Source: an uncultured delta proteobacterium (lineage in GTDB: Bacteria; Myxococcota_A; Polyangia; Polyangiales; Polyangiaceae). Taken from it: a stretch of 64,000 nt of DNA. The position numbers were made by a program, and so were the translations under genes. This document shows, one piece after another, positions 43,289 through 52,275 of this stretch (position 1 is the first letter of the stretch; every line of letters starts with the position of its first letter). The stretch spans positions 4,128,001 through 4,192,000 of the forward strand of contig CAWDXG010000004.1 of NCBI GenBank assembly GCA_963806225.1. Reading direction: 5' to 3'. Below the pieces are notes generated by a model that did no database searches, was not told the DNA's origin, and worked only from the letters and a program-made list of their open reading frames with translations.

Positions 43289-44140
43289 ATGTCGACCCAG
43301 GACGAACAGAGGGTTTCCCTGCCGGGCAGGCCGAGCATGGCGCCGCCGCCGCCCCCCGGCACGGTGTCCCGCATCGGCGCAAGCGTCCTCGCTCTGTTCG
43401 ATCACATGGGACAGATCACGCGCATGACGCTCGGCACGCTGCGCCAGGGCATCAAGCGCCCCTTCGAGTGGCGGGCCATCGTCGACCAGCTCGAGTCGCT
43501 CGGCGTCGCGTCGCTCGGCATCGTCGTCGTCACCAGCATCTTCATCGGCATGGTGATGGCGGTGCAGTTCGCTTTCGGCCTCAGGAAGTTCGGCGGCATG
43601 GAGTACACGGGCCGCGTCGTGGGCCTGAGCTTTGCGCGCGAGCTGGCACCCACGCTCACGGCCGTGATCGTGGGCGGGCGGATCGGCGCGGGCATGGCCG
43701 CCGAAGTCGGCTCGATGGCAGTCACCGAGCAGATCGACGCCGTGCGCGCGCTCGGTGCGAACCCGCTGAAGAAGCTGGTCTGGCCGCGGCTCGTGGCCTC
43801 GGTCATCGTGATGCCCGTTCTGGCGGTCGTGGCCCTCGTGCTCGGGTTCGGGGGCGCGATGATGATCACCGACATCCAGTTCAACATTCCGTCGCAGTTC
43901 TTCTTCAGGAGCGCGCTCGGAACGGTGTCGATGATGGATTTCCTGAGCGGTATGTTCAAGACGCCGGTCTTCGGCGCGATCATCGCGCTCGTCGGCTGTC
44001 ACTTCGGCATGACCACCACGGGCGGCACGGCCGGCGTCGGGAACAGCACCACGCGCACCGTCGTCGTGATCTCGATCACGATCCTGATCGCGGATTTCTT
44101 CCTCACCAAGCTGGCCATCGCAGTGTGGCCGACCTTCTGA
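43289..44140 (+). CDS. MlaE-family ABC permease
   Basis: RELAPTLTAV...GRIGAGMAAEVGSMAVTEQIDA and GVGNSTTRTVV. Confidence 0.92.
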   Translation: MSTQDEQRVSLPGRPSMAPPPPPGTVSRIGASVLALFDHMGQITRMTLGTLRQGIKRPFEWRAIVDQLESLGVASLGIVVVTSIFIGMVMAVQFAFGLRKFGGMEYTGRVVGLSFARELAPTLTAVIVGGRIGAGMAAEVGSMAVTEQIDAVRALGANPLKKLVWPRLVASVIVMPVLAVVALVLGFGGAMMITDIQFNIPSQFFFRSALGTVSMMDFLSGMFKTPVFGAIIALVGCHFGMTTTGGTAGVGNSTTRTVVVISITILIADFFLTKLAIAVWPTF

Positions 44141-44160
44141 GTCCCGGCTCCAGCTCCAAC

Positions 44161-44559
44161 ATGCAACGCACTCCAGCCTTCTGGACGGCATCCGCCGCGG
44201 CCATCCTCGCGCTCCTGCTCGGAGCCTGTTCCTCGAAGAAGAACCCGTTGCCGCCGCCCTTCAAGGGGAACGCGGTCGACAACCCCGTCAGCTGCCCCGA
44301 TCTGCAGAACGGACAGATCGCCGGCAAGGAGATCCACATCGACGGCGGCATTCCGAACTGCGCGGCGGACGGGCTCCGCTGCCCGCTGCCGGGCGCTCCG
44401 GCAGCGGGGGCGGCCGGCGCATGCGGATCGCGGACCGTCGTCGCCGTCTGCCAGCAGGGCCGCTGGGCGCTCGCCTGCGAAGCGCCGTCGGACGCCTCCG
44501 CGACTGAAGGCGGCGGTGACGCCGCGAGCGATGCAGCAGCCGACGCTGCGGTGGATTGA
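44161..44559 (+). CDS. Small Cys-containing lipoprotein
   Basis: Lipobox LGAC; acidic DA-rich tail. Confidence 0.65.
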   Translation: MQRTPAFWTASAAAILALLLGACSSKKNPLPPPFKGNAVDNPVSCPDLQNGQIAGKEIHIDGGIPNCAADGLRCPLPGAPAAGAAGACGSRTVVAVCQQGRWALACEAPSDASATEGGGDAASDAAADAAVD

Positions 44560-44622
44560 CGCGAATCAACGCCCAACGCGGGCGCGACGACCCGGACGAG
44601 CGCGGGCGCAGCTTGCGCCGGC

Positions 44623-44651
44623 TTGACCGGGCCGGATGCGCTATCTAACCT
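44623..44651 (+). promoter_or_regulatory. Putative sigma70 promoter of the MerR-family gene
   Basis: TTGACC-17 bp-TAACCT. Confidence 0.55.
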
Positions 44652-44667
44652 TCCGTTAGGGGACCCT

Positions 44668-45195
44668 TTGTCGCAGACGAGACAACAGCCAGGACGATCC
44701 GGAAACGGCAGCCGCCGCAAGGACGGCCTGTTGACGACGGGCGACATGGCACGCCTCTCGAACAACACGCTGCGGACCGTGCGGTTCTACGAGGAAAGCG
44801 GACTCTTGACGCCCGTCCAGCGCACCGACGGCGGGCACCGGCTTTTCCCGCGCCGCGAGCTCGGCAAGCTGCAGCTCATCAGCGACCTGCGTGCGGCGGG
44901 CTTCTCGCTCGAGGAAATCAAGGAGGTCCTCGAGGTCAAGCAGAGCAGCAGCTCCGGTGCCGCGGCCTCGCGCGGCGTCGTGGAGCGACTTGATCGCCAC
45001 ATTGGATCCATGAGCGAGCGCATCGCGCTGCTCGAGCGCCTGCTCGCCGAGCTCCAGCGCACACGCCAGCTGCTTGCCGAATGTCAGACCTGCAGTGACG
45101 GCGACCGCTTTCCCGATGGCTGCAGCACATGCGAAGTCATGTCGGACGCCGAGATTCCGAACGCGGCAGGCGTGCTGTGGCGCGTGGAGCGCTGA
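44668..45195 (+). CDS. MerR-family regulator with C-terminal CxxC...CxxC
   Basis: TTGDMARL...RTVRFYEESGLL...GGHRLF; CQTC and CSTC. Confidence 0.88.
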   Translation: MSQTRQQPGRSGNGSRRKDGLLTTGDMARLSNNTLRTVRFYEESGLLTPVQRTDGGHRLFPRRELGKLQLISDLRAAGFSLEEIKEVLEVKQSSSSGAAASRGVVERLDRHIGSMSERIALLERLLAELQRTRQLLAECQTCSDGDRFPDGCSTCEVMSDAEIPNAAGVLWRVER

Positions 45196-45217
45196 CGCGG
45201 GCGGCGAGGTAGTCGTG

Positions 45218-45667
45218 ATGGCCATCGCCCGGGAAAACCCGCGCATCTTCACGCTCGAAGAGGTCGATGCACTGATCCCGACTCTGTCGCGTGCGGTCAG
45301 CGTGCAGCTGGTGCAGCAGAGCGAAATCGAGCAGCGCCTGGGGGAGCTGGCGCGCGCGACGGGGGAATTGCCGCGTTCCCTGGACGCCTCACCGGAAGAC
45401 GACGGCGAGGTGGGCCAGATGAAAGCCGATCTGCGCGACTTGATCGGGCGCTACGAGGCGGGCTGGCGGAAGGTGCAGCGCATGGGCGTCCTGATCAAGG
45501 ATCCACAGATCGGTCTGCTGGACTTCTACGGGCGCATCGACGGCCGACTGGTCTACCTGTGCTGGCGCTACGGCGAGGAAGCGCTCGGCTACTATCACGA
45601 GCTCGAAGCCGGTTTCGCCGGGCGACGACCTCTGGCGCGGGAGACCCGCGAGAAGCTGCTCAACTGA
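45218..45667 (+). CDS. DUF2203-like protein
   Basis: FTLEE, KD...GLLDF, VYLCWRYGE and GFAGRRPL. Confidence 0.8.
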   Translation: MAIARENPRIFTLEEVDALIPTLSRAVSVQLVQQSEIEQRLGELARATGELPRSLDASPEDDGEVGQMKADLRDLIGRYEAGWRKVQRMGVLIKDPQIGLLDFYGRIDGRLVYLCWRYGEEALGYYHELEAGFAGRRPLARETREKLLN

Positions 45668-45707
45668 ACCGCGGGGGTTATCGACCTGGTGACGCGGCTG
45701 GATACCG

Positions 45708-46289
45708 ATGCCCATGGACCGTGAGGCCGCCGAGCGCGCCGTCGCCCAGTTCCTGGCGGCGCTGGGACACGACGTGGAGAGCGATCCGGAGCTTTCCGGT
45801 ACGCCGGCACGCGTCGTGGACGCGTTCGCAAACGATCTGCTCGCCGGCGCGAACGTCGACATCGCCCAGCTGGTCGCGGGCGGCTCCATGCCCACAAGCG
45901 CCGACCATGGACTGGTCGCGGTGCGCGACATCGCGGTGGCAACCCTGTGTCCACATCACCTGCTTCCGGCACTGGGCCGGGCTACCGTGGCCTACCAGCC
46001 AGGCCCTCGACTGCTCGGTCTGGGCACGCTCGCGGCGCTTGTGGACGCCTTCAGTCGGCGTCTCACGCTGCAGGAAGCGATCAGCCACAACGTCGTCCAG
46101 GCACTGATGCAGCACGCACAAGCGCGGGGTGCGTGGTGCCGCATCGAGCTCCGGCACAGTTGCCTCAGCGCGCGGGGCGCGCGGCAGAGCGAGGCGCTCG
46201 TCGAGAGCGTCGCCAGCTCGGGAACCCTGGCGGCGCCGGGCGCCGTCGCCGATCTGTCGGCGCCGGGATCGGGCAGACCCGGCGCATGA
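45708..46289 (+). CDS. folE: GTP cyclohydrolase I (FolE) homologue, divergent
   Basis: TPARV, LCPHHLLP, RRLTLQE and HSCLSARG. Confidence 0.75.
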   Translation: MPMDREAAERAVAQFLAALGHDVESDPELSGTPARVVDAFANDLLAGANVDIAQLVAGGSMPTSADHGLVAVRDIAVATLCPHHLLPALGRATVAYQPGPRLLGLGTLAALVDAFSRRLTLQEAISHNVVQALMQHAQARGAWCRIELRHSCLSARGARQSEALVESVASSGTLAAPGAVADLSAPGSGRPGA

Positions 46290-46969
46290 CAAGCGCAGTG
46301 CTCACGGGCGCCAGCCGCGGCATCGGTCGCGCGACGGCCCTCCTGCTTGCCGAACGCAACGTCGAGCTGGCGCTGCTCGGACGCGCCTCGCCCGAGCACG
46401 ACAGAACCGTGGACGAAGCCCGCGCGCTGGGCGTCCGCGTCGAGAGCATCGCCTGTGATCTGCGCTCACCGCGCGACATCCAGGCGGCCGCGCGTCTCGT
46501 TCTCGAGGCCTACGCAGCACCGGACGCGCTCATCAACAATGCCGCGACCATCCACCGCGCCACGGTTGAAGAGACCGACCTCGAGCAGCTGGACGAACAG
46601 CTCGAGGTGAACCTGCGGGCGCCCATGCTGCTCACGCGCGCTCTGCTCGGAGCGATGCGCTTCGCCGGCAAGGGGCGCATCGTCCACGTCGGAAGCATTT
46701 CGTCCACGCTGGGGACGGCTCGCTCGGCCGCCTACAACGCCACGAAGTGGGGACTCGTCGGCTTCATGAAGAGCCTGGCCGAGGAGCTCAGTGACTCCGG
46801 GCTCATGACCGTGGCGGTGCTGCCGGGCTCGGTCGACACGCGCATGCTGGACGACAGCGGCTTCGCGCCGCGCATCGGCGTCGAGGAGATCGCAACGACG
46901 CTCGTGCACTACGCGCTGGACGCGCCGCTCGCCCACAACGGCGGCGTCATCGAGATGTTCGGCACATGA
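46286..46969 (+). CDS. Short-chain dehydrogenase/reductase
   Basis: TGASRGIG, NNA and YNATK. Confidence 0.9.
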   Translation: MTSAVLTGASRGIGRATALLLAERNVELALLGRASPEHDRTVDEARALGVRVESIACDLRSPRDIQAAARLVLEAYAAPDALINNAATIHRATVEETDLEQLDEQLEVNLRAPMLLTRALLGAMRFAGKGRIVHVGSISSTLGTARSAAYNATKWGLVGFMKSLAEELSDSGLMTVAVLPGSVDTRMLDDSGFAPRIGVEEIATTLVHYALDAPLAHNGGVIEMFGT

Positions 46970-47601
46970 CCCCGGACGCCGGCACTCTCGAGCTTGCCGT
47001 GTTTCCGTTGCCGGGAGCCGTGCTGTTTCCGGGCACGCTGATGCCGCTTCACATCTTCGAACCGCGCTATCGGAAGATGACCTCTGACGCGCTGTCCGGC
47101 ACCCGGAAGCTATCGGTCGCACTGATCGAAGAGGGTCCGGCGGTGGACGAGCACGAGCATCCTCCCTTTGCTCCGGTCGCCGGAGTCGGCGAGATCATCG
47201 ACGAACAGGAGCTTCCCGACGGCCGCTACAACATCCTGGTGCTCGGCCACGCCCGCGCCAGGCTCGAGGAGCTACCCTTCGTACCCCCGTACCGACGGGC
47301 ACGCGTCACCTTGCTCGACGACAGCGGCACGGCGAGCAGCGCCGACGTGGCCGCGCTCGCCTACGCCGCATCCCGTTTCGCGGCACACGTCAAGGAGCAG
47401 CACGCGGGCTTCGAGATCGAGCTGCCCAGCGTCCGGGAGCCGGGTCTTCTGGCAGACAGCTGCGCCAACTACCTGATCATCGACCCAGGCGATCGGCAGC
47501 GCGTGCTCGAGGCGCTGGACATCGGCGCGCGCGTCCGACTGTGCACCGAGGCTCTGGCGGTGCAGCAAGCGCTGCTGACCAGGCCCGGAAACCCGTCCTA
47601 G
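46966..47601 (+). CDS. Lon N-terminal (substrate-binding) domain protein
   Basis: FPLPGAVLFPG...PLHIFEPRY and DGRYNI. Confidence 0.88.
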   Translation: MTPDAGTLELAVFPLPGAVLFPGTLMPLHIFEPRYRKMTSDALSGTRKLSVALIEEGPAVDEHEHPPFAPVAGVGEIIDEQELPDGRYNILVLGHARARLEELPFVPPYRRARVTLLDDSGTASSADVAALAYAASRFAAHVKEQHAGFEIELPSVREPGLLADSCANYLIIDPGDRQRVLEALDIGARVRLCTEALAVQQALLTRPGNPS

Positions 47602-47621
47602 AGCGCTGCGGAGCACAAAAA

Positions 47622-47719
47622 GGGAAAGGGCCCGTCACACCCGCTTTTCCCTACCGCTGCTCCCTTCCGGGCCTGACGGGGTTCGAGCTGCGCTGTCGAC
47701 GGGCCCACAACGAGCCTTC
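47622..47719 (-). ncRNA. ffs: SRP (4.5S) RNA
   Basis: Minus strand reads GTCAGGCCCGGAAGGGAGCAGC (helix 8 with GGAA tetraloop), closed by GGGCCCGTC/GACGGGCCC and followed by a U-tract; ends approximate. Confidence 0.9.
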
Positions 47720-47725
47720 GAAGGG

Positions 47726-47754
47726 GACTTAACGCACGGCGGACTGCCTGTCCA
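47726..47754 (-). promoter_or_regulatory. Putative ffs promoter
   Basis: TGGACA-17 bp-TAAGTC on the minus strand. Confidence 0.45.
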
Positions 47755-47804
47755 GCGCTGGCGGCGCCCCGGGCGCTGATCTACGTTCCAGTACCAGCAG
47801 ACAC

Positions 47805-48569
47805 ATGCATCCCCCGTATCGGCCGAACCTGCTCGAACGCGCCATGACCTGGGGGCCGTTCGTCGCCTCGGCCGCCCTGGTGGCGCTGGGCGTGCAACTT
47901 GCGGTGCGCTCGCCGAGGCTCTCGCTGGTTCTGCTGGCCCTGGCGGCGCTGGCATTCGTGCCCCAGTTCCGGGCGCGGCGTCGCGTCAGGCGACTTCTCG
48001 AATCGGGCGACGTGGACGCCATGCTCGGCGCTTGGCAGCCGGCGCTCGCCGACATTCCGGAGCGGGACACCATGGCGCCGCTGATAACCGCCACCGCACT
48101 CGTCTCGAACGGCATGGTCGAGCGCGCGCGCAGCATGCTGTCGCGCGCACACAAGGGGCCCGCCTGGGACGCGGCGCTCGAGCACAGACTGTTCATCGAG
48201 GTACTGGCGGACGCGTTCGAGGGAGACCGCGGCCGTGCTCTGGAAAACGCACAGCGACTCGCAGAGCTGCCGCTCCCCCATGCGAGCCCGTTCGTGCGCG
48301 CCCGCGTGTCGCTGCTCCGAAGCGCTGCGGGCGCTCTGGCACGCGCCTTCGCCCACACCGCAGACAAGGCCGACCTGGGCGTGCTGCGCTCGGCTGCGCG
48401 CAGAAACCCACTCGTACATTGGGCCATGCGCTATGCCGCCGCCGTTGCCTGCATCGACCGAGGCCGCCCCGACCGGGCACGCAAGCTGCTCGAAGGCGCA
48501 CCCGAGTGGCCGGAGGCCTCCGTGTTCCAGGCGTTCCACGCCGAGCTCGTGCAGCACGCGTCCGTGTAG
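47805..48569 (+). CDS. Membrane-anchored helical (TPR-like) hypothetical protein
   Basis: Two N-terminal TM helices; Ala/Leu-rich helical repeats. Confidence 0.65.
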   Translation: MHPPYRPNLLERAMTWGPFVASAALVALGVQLAVRSPRLSLVLLALAALAFVPQFRARRRVRRLLESGDVDAMLGAWQPALADIPERDTMAPLITATALVSNGMVERARSMLSRAHKGPAWDAALEHRLFIEVLADAFEGDRGRALENAQRLAELPLPHASPFVRARVSLLRSAAGALARAFAHTADKADLGVLRSAARRNPLVHWAMRYAAAVACIDRGRPDRARKLLEGAPEWPEASVFQAFHAELVQHASV

Positions 48570-48649
48570 AAGCGGGTCACGGCGCTCGATCCCCGGTCCG
48601 CGCGGACGATCCGGAGCGCGGCAGCTTGATGTAGGATGAGCCATCGAGC

Positions 48650-50014
48650 ATGGCCGATCCTCCTGACGGCAAGCCGCCCCCGGCTTTCGATATCCCGGAT
48701 CTGGACCTTGCTCTGCCGTCCCGCCCGGCGCCTGACGCCGTGCCACCGCCGGCAGTCGCCGACGCTCCCGGCCCTCTGGAGACCGCCGGCGCGGCGGCGG
48801 GCGGAGCGGCTGCCCCTGGAAGCCTCGACTACTTCGGCCACGGCGCTTTCGATGCGGACGACTTCGACGACCCCCGACAGGACGGCGCCGCTTTGCTCGA
48901 CCTGGCCGACATTCCAACCGGCGGCGTCGCGGGCGCGCCGCGGGAGGAGGAACGCTGGCCCAGCGGGTGCTCGCCGGAGCGGGGCGCCCTCGCCATCGAC
49001 GCGCCGGAGCTGGCCGAGGTCGCCGGCTACGGCCCGCCACCCAAAGCGCTGTATCTGGCGCCGGCCTACGCGTGGCGGGTGCTCTCGCGCCAGCGAGCGC
49101 TGCGCGCCGACCTCGAACGCGTGGAAGCGGAGCTCTCGACCGCCGAGCGGGCGCGGAACCGGCTCCTCGGTGGCATGGTCGAAACCGTCGCTCCCGCGCT
49201 GGAAGCGGACGAGCGGATGGGCCGCGTCATGGAACCAGTGCGCCGGCTGGACGCCGTCGCGCGTGAGCGGGGCGCCACGCTGGCCAGCACCGACGCGGAG
49301 TACCGCCGGCAGGTCGCAATGCTCGACACCGAACGGACCGCCATCCAGCAACAGGCGGATGCGCAGCGGGCCGTCGTCGAGCAGCACCGGGCCGGACTCG
49401 AACAGCGCGACGAAGCCTTCCGCCGGGTCGAGGCCCGCTTCAAGCGCAGCCAGATCGAGCTCAGGAACGCCCAGCAAGCCGCCATGAAGGCCGTCGAGGC
49501 GTCGGGGCCCGGCACAGCCGTGCCGCCCGAGCACGCCTCACGCATCCAGCAGATCCACGCGCAAGCCGCCTCGATCCAACCCGAGCTCGAGCAGCGCCAG
49601 AACGAGCGCGCCTCGGCGCAGGCCGGGCTCACGGCCGCAGAGCGGCAGCTGGCGGAGCTCGAACGCGCGCTCCGCGGCGTGGACAGCCGCCGCCGAGCGC
49701 TCGACCAGCAGTTCGGCTCGCAGCTGGAAACTCAGACCCACGACGTAGAGCGGGCCGAGCTCGAGCGCGAGAGCGCTCTGGGCGACGCCGGGCGTGCGGT
49801 GCTCGCCGCCCGCGGTGCCATCCCGCTCGACCCCGCCGTGCTGGCGCAGATCCGCAATGCGGACGAGAACGTCGACCGGCTCGCACGGCGGGCCGAAACG
49901 CGGCTGCGCGCGCTGGACGTCCACGACCGCGATGCCGTGCGGCGCGGCTTCACGCTGGTTGTCGCACTGGCTGGGATGGTCGTGATCGTGATCGTGCTCG
50001 CCGTCACGCTGTGA
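48650..50014 (+). CDS. Coiled-coil protein with C-terminal TM anchor
   Basis: Long Q/E/R/A heptads; hydrophobic C-terminus. Confidence 0.7.
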   Translation: MADPPDGKPPPAFDIPDLDLALPSRPAPDAVPPPAVADAPGPLETAGAAAGGAAAPGSLDYFGHGAFDADDFDDPRQDGAALLDLADIPTGGVAGAPREEERWPSGCSPERGALAIDAPELAEVAGYGPPPKALYLAPAYAWRVLSRQRALRADLERVEAELSTAERARNRLLGGMVETVAPALEADERMGRVMEPVRRLDAVARERGATLASTDAEYRRQVAMLDTERTAIQQQADAQRAVVEQHRAGLEQRDEAFRRVEARFKRSQIELRNAQQAAMKAVEASGPGTAVPPEHASRIQQIHAQAASIQPELEQRQNERASAQAGLTAAERQLAELERALRGVDSRRRALDQQFGSQLETQTHDVERAELERESALGDAGRAVLAARGAIPLDPAVLAQIRNADENVDRLARRAETRLRALDVHDRDAVRRGFTLVVALAGMVVIVIVLAVTL

Positions 50015-50052
50015 CCCTGGCGCTCCGGACCTCCCGCACTATGCTGGATCAC

Positions 50053-50673
50053 ATGCCGGAACCGGTCGTGCTGGAAATCTTCTCCGACTACGCCTGACCC
50101 TGGTGCTATCTCGGTACGGTCCGTACCGAAAAGCTCCGGAAGAACTACGATCTCGACCTCGTCGTGCGGCACTTCCCGCTGCATCCCGAGACGCCGCCCG
50201 AGGGGCGTTCGATCGCCGAGATGTTCCGTGGACGCGAAGCGCAGATCCAGGCGATGACCCAGCGCCTCCACGAGTTGCTGGAAGCCGAGGGGTTGCCTTA
50301 CGGCAACCGCAGCATGACCTACAACACGCGGCTCGCACAGGAGCTCGCCGCGTGGGCCGTCGCTCGCGGCGAGCACCGTATCCACGACGCGCTGTTCCGC
50401 GCCTACTTCGTCGACGCCATAAACGTCGCCGATCCGGACGAGCTGGTGCGCATTGCGGGTGAAGTGGGGCTCCCCGCTGACGAGGCCCGCCGGGTGCTCG
50501 AGGAGCGCGAGTACGCGCCGACGGTCGACCGCGACTGGGAGCAGGCGCGCGGCCTCGGCGTGACCGGCGTGCCCACCTACATCGCCGAAGCGCGCGGCAT
50601 CGTCGGCGCACAGCCGTACGAGCTGCTCGAGCAGCTGGTGCGCGCGGCGGGCGCAAAGCCGCGGCAGCCTTGA
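50053..50673 (+). CDS. DsbA/FrnE-family oxidoreductase, probable selenoprotein (UGA 50095-50097 = Sec)
   Basis: MPEPVVLEIFSDYA-UGA-PWCYLG is in frame with the ORF at 50164; FPLHP and GVTGVPT cis-Pro. Confidence 0.85.
50111..50129 (+). promoter_or_regulatory. Bacterial SECIS-like hairpin
   Basis: TCGGTACG-GTC-CGTACCGA perfect stem beginning 14 nt after the UGA, with G in the apical loop. Confidence 0.7.
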
Positions 50674-50685
50674 AGACCGACCCGC

Positions 50686-52242
50686 TCAGAGCGGGATGTT
50701 GCCGTGCTTCTTCGGCGGGTTGCCGAGTCGCTTGGTCTCCAGGAGCTCCAGGCACACGCCCAGGCGCCGGCGCAGCTGGCGGGGATAGATGACCTCGTCG
50801 ATGAAGCCAAGCTCGGCAGCCTTGTAGGGATTGGCGAACTTCGCGCGGTATTCCTCGACGAAGCTGGCCCGCGCAGCCTGCTTGTCCTCGGCCTCGCGGA
50901 TCTGGTTCCTGTAGACGATGTTGACCGCCCCGTCCGGTCCCATCACCGCGATTTCCGCCGTGGGGAACGCGAAGTTCACGTCGCCGCGGATGTGCTTGGA
51001 GCTCATGACGTTGTAGGCCCCGCCGTACGCCTTGCGCGTGATGACCGTGAGCTTCGGCACCGTCGCCTCGCAGAACGCATACAGGAGCTTGGCGCCGTGC
51101 GTGATGATGCCGTGGTGTTCCTGATCCACGCCCGGAAGGAAACCCGGCACATCCACGAACGTCAGGATCGGGATGTTGAAGCAGTCGCAGAAACGCACGA
51201 AACGAGCGGCCTTGATGCTGGCATCGATGTCGAGCACGCCGGCCAGGTACGCCGGCTGGTTCGCGACGATTCCGATCGGCCGCCCGCCGATGCGCGCGAA
51301 GCCGACGACCATGTTCTTCGCGTAGTGCTCGTGCGCCTCGAACAGATAGCCGTCGTCGACCGTCGCCGCGATCACCTTCTTGATGTCGTACGGCTTGTTG
51401 CTCTCGGCCGGGACCAGGGTGTCGAGCTCCGGCACCTCGCGTTCCACCGCGTCGCCGGTGCTCCTGCGCGGCGGGTCCTCGGTGTTGTTCGAGGGCAGAA
51501 ACCCCATCAGCTCCCGCACCTTCGCCAGGCACTCGCGGTCGTCGTGCGAGGTGAAGTGCGCGACGCCGCTCTTCGAGGCGTGCGAGAGCGCGCCACCCAG
51601 CTCTTCCTTGGTCACCTCCTCGTGCGTGACCGTCTTGATCACGTCGGGGCCGGTGATGAACATGTAGCTGCTCTCCTCCACCATGAAGATGAAGTCGGTC
51701 ATGGCGGGCGAGTAGACGGCTCCTCCGGCGCACGGACCCATGACCGCGCTGATCTGCGGGACGACGCCGCTGGACAGCGTGTTGCGCAGGAAGATGTCGG
51801 CATAGCCGGCCAGCGATTCCACGCCTTCCTGGATGCGCGCGCCGCCCGAGTCGTTGAGCCCGATGACGGGCGCGCCGACCTTCATCGCCAGGTCCATGAC
51901 CTTGCAGATCTTCGAAGCGTAGGCTGCGCTGAGCGAGCCGCCGAACACGGTGAAGTCCTGGGCGAACAGAAACACCTTGCGGCCGTCGATGGTGCCGTAG
52001 CCGGTGACCACGCCGTCGCCGAGGATCTTCTGGCTCTGCATGTCGAAGTCGGCGCAGCGATGCGTGACGAAACGGTCCATCTCGACGAAGCTGCCGGGGT
52101 CGAGCAGGAGATCGATGCGTTCGCGGGCGGTGAGCTTGCCCGCCGCATGCTGCTTCTCGATGCGGGCGTTGCCGCCGCCTTCGAGCGCCTTGTCGTTGAG
52201 CGCGTCGAGATCCGCGAACTGGTCCGGTTTTTCCGCCGACAT
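50686..52242 (-). CDS. pccB: Acyl-CoA (propionyl/methylmalonyl-CoA) carboxyltransferase beta subunit
   Basis: [39 protein letters not shown] and KKHGNIPL. Confidence 0.93.
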   Translation of the reverse strand: MSAEKPDQFADLDALNDKALEGGGNARIEKQHAAGKLTARERIDLLLDPGSFVEMDRFVTHRCADFDMQSQKILGDGVVTGYGTIDGRKVFLFAQDFTVFGGSLSAAYASKICKVMDLAMKVGAPVIGLNDSGGARIQEGVESLAGYADIFLRNTLSSGVVPQISAVMGPCAGGAVYSPAMTDFIFMVEESSYMFITGPDVIKTVTHEEVTKEELGGALSHASKSGVAHFTSHDDRECLAKVRELMGFLPSNNTEDPPRRSTGDAVEREVPELDTLVPAESNKPYDIKKVIAATVDDGYLFEAHEHYAKNMVVGFARIGGRPIGIVANQPAYLAGVLDIDASIKAARFVRFCDCFNIPILTFVDVPGFLPGVDQEHHGIITHGAKLLYAFCEATVPKLTVITRKAYGGAYNVMSSKHIRGDVNFAFPTAEIAVMGPDGAVNIVYRNQIREAEDKQAARASFVEEYRAKFANPYKAAELGFIDEVIYPRQLRRRLGVCLELLETKRLGNPPKKHGNIPL

Positions 52243-52275
52243 AGCGCCCTCGGCTAGCACGTAGAGCGCGCTGCG

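Noticed and set aside
47720..47790. Alu domain of a long (Bacillus-type) SRP RNA
   Set aside because: Space is too short and a plausible promoter occupies this segment; short 4.5S form is more likely
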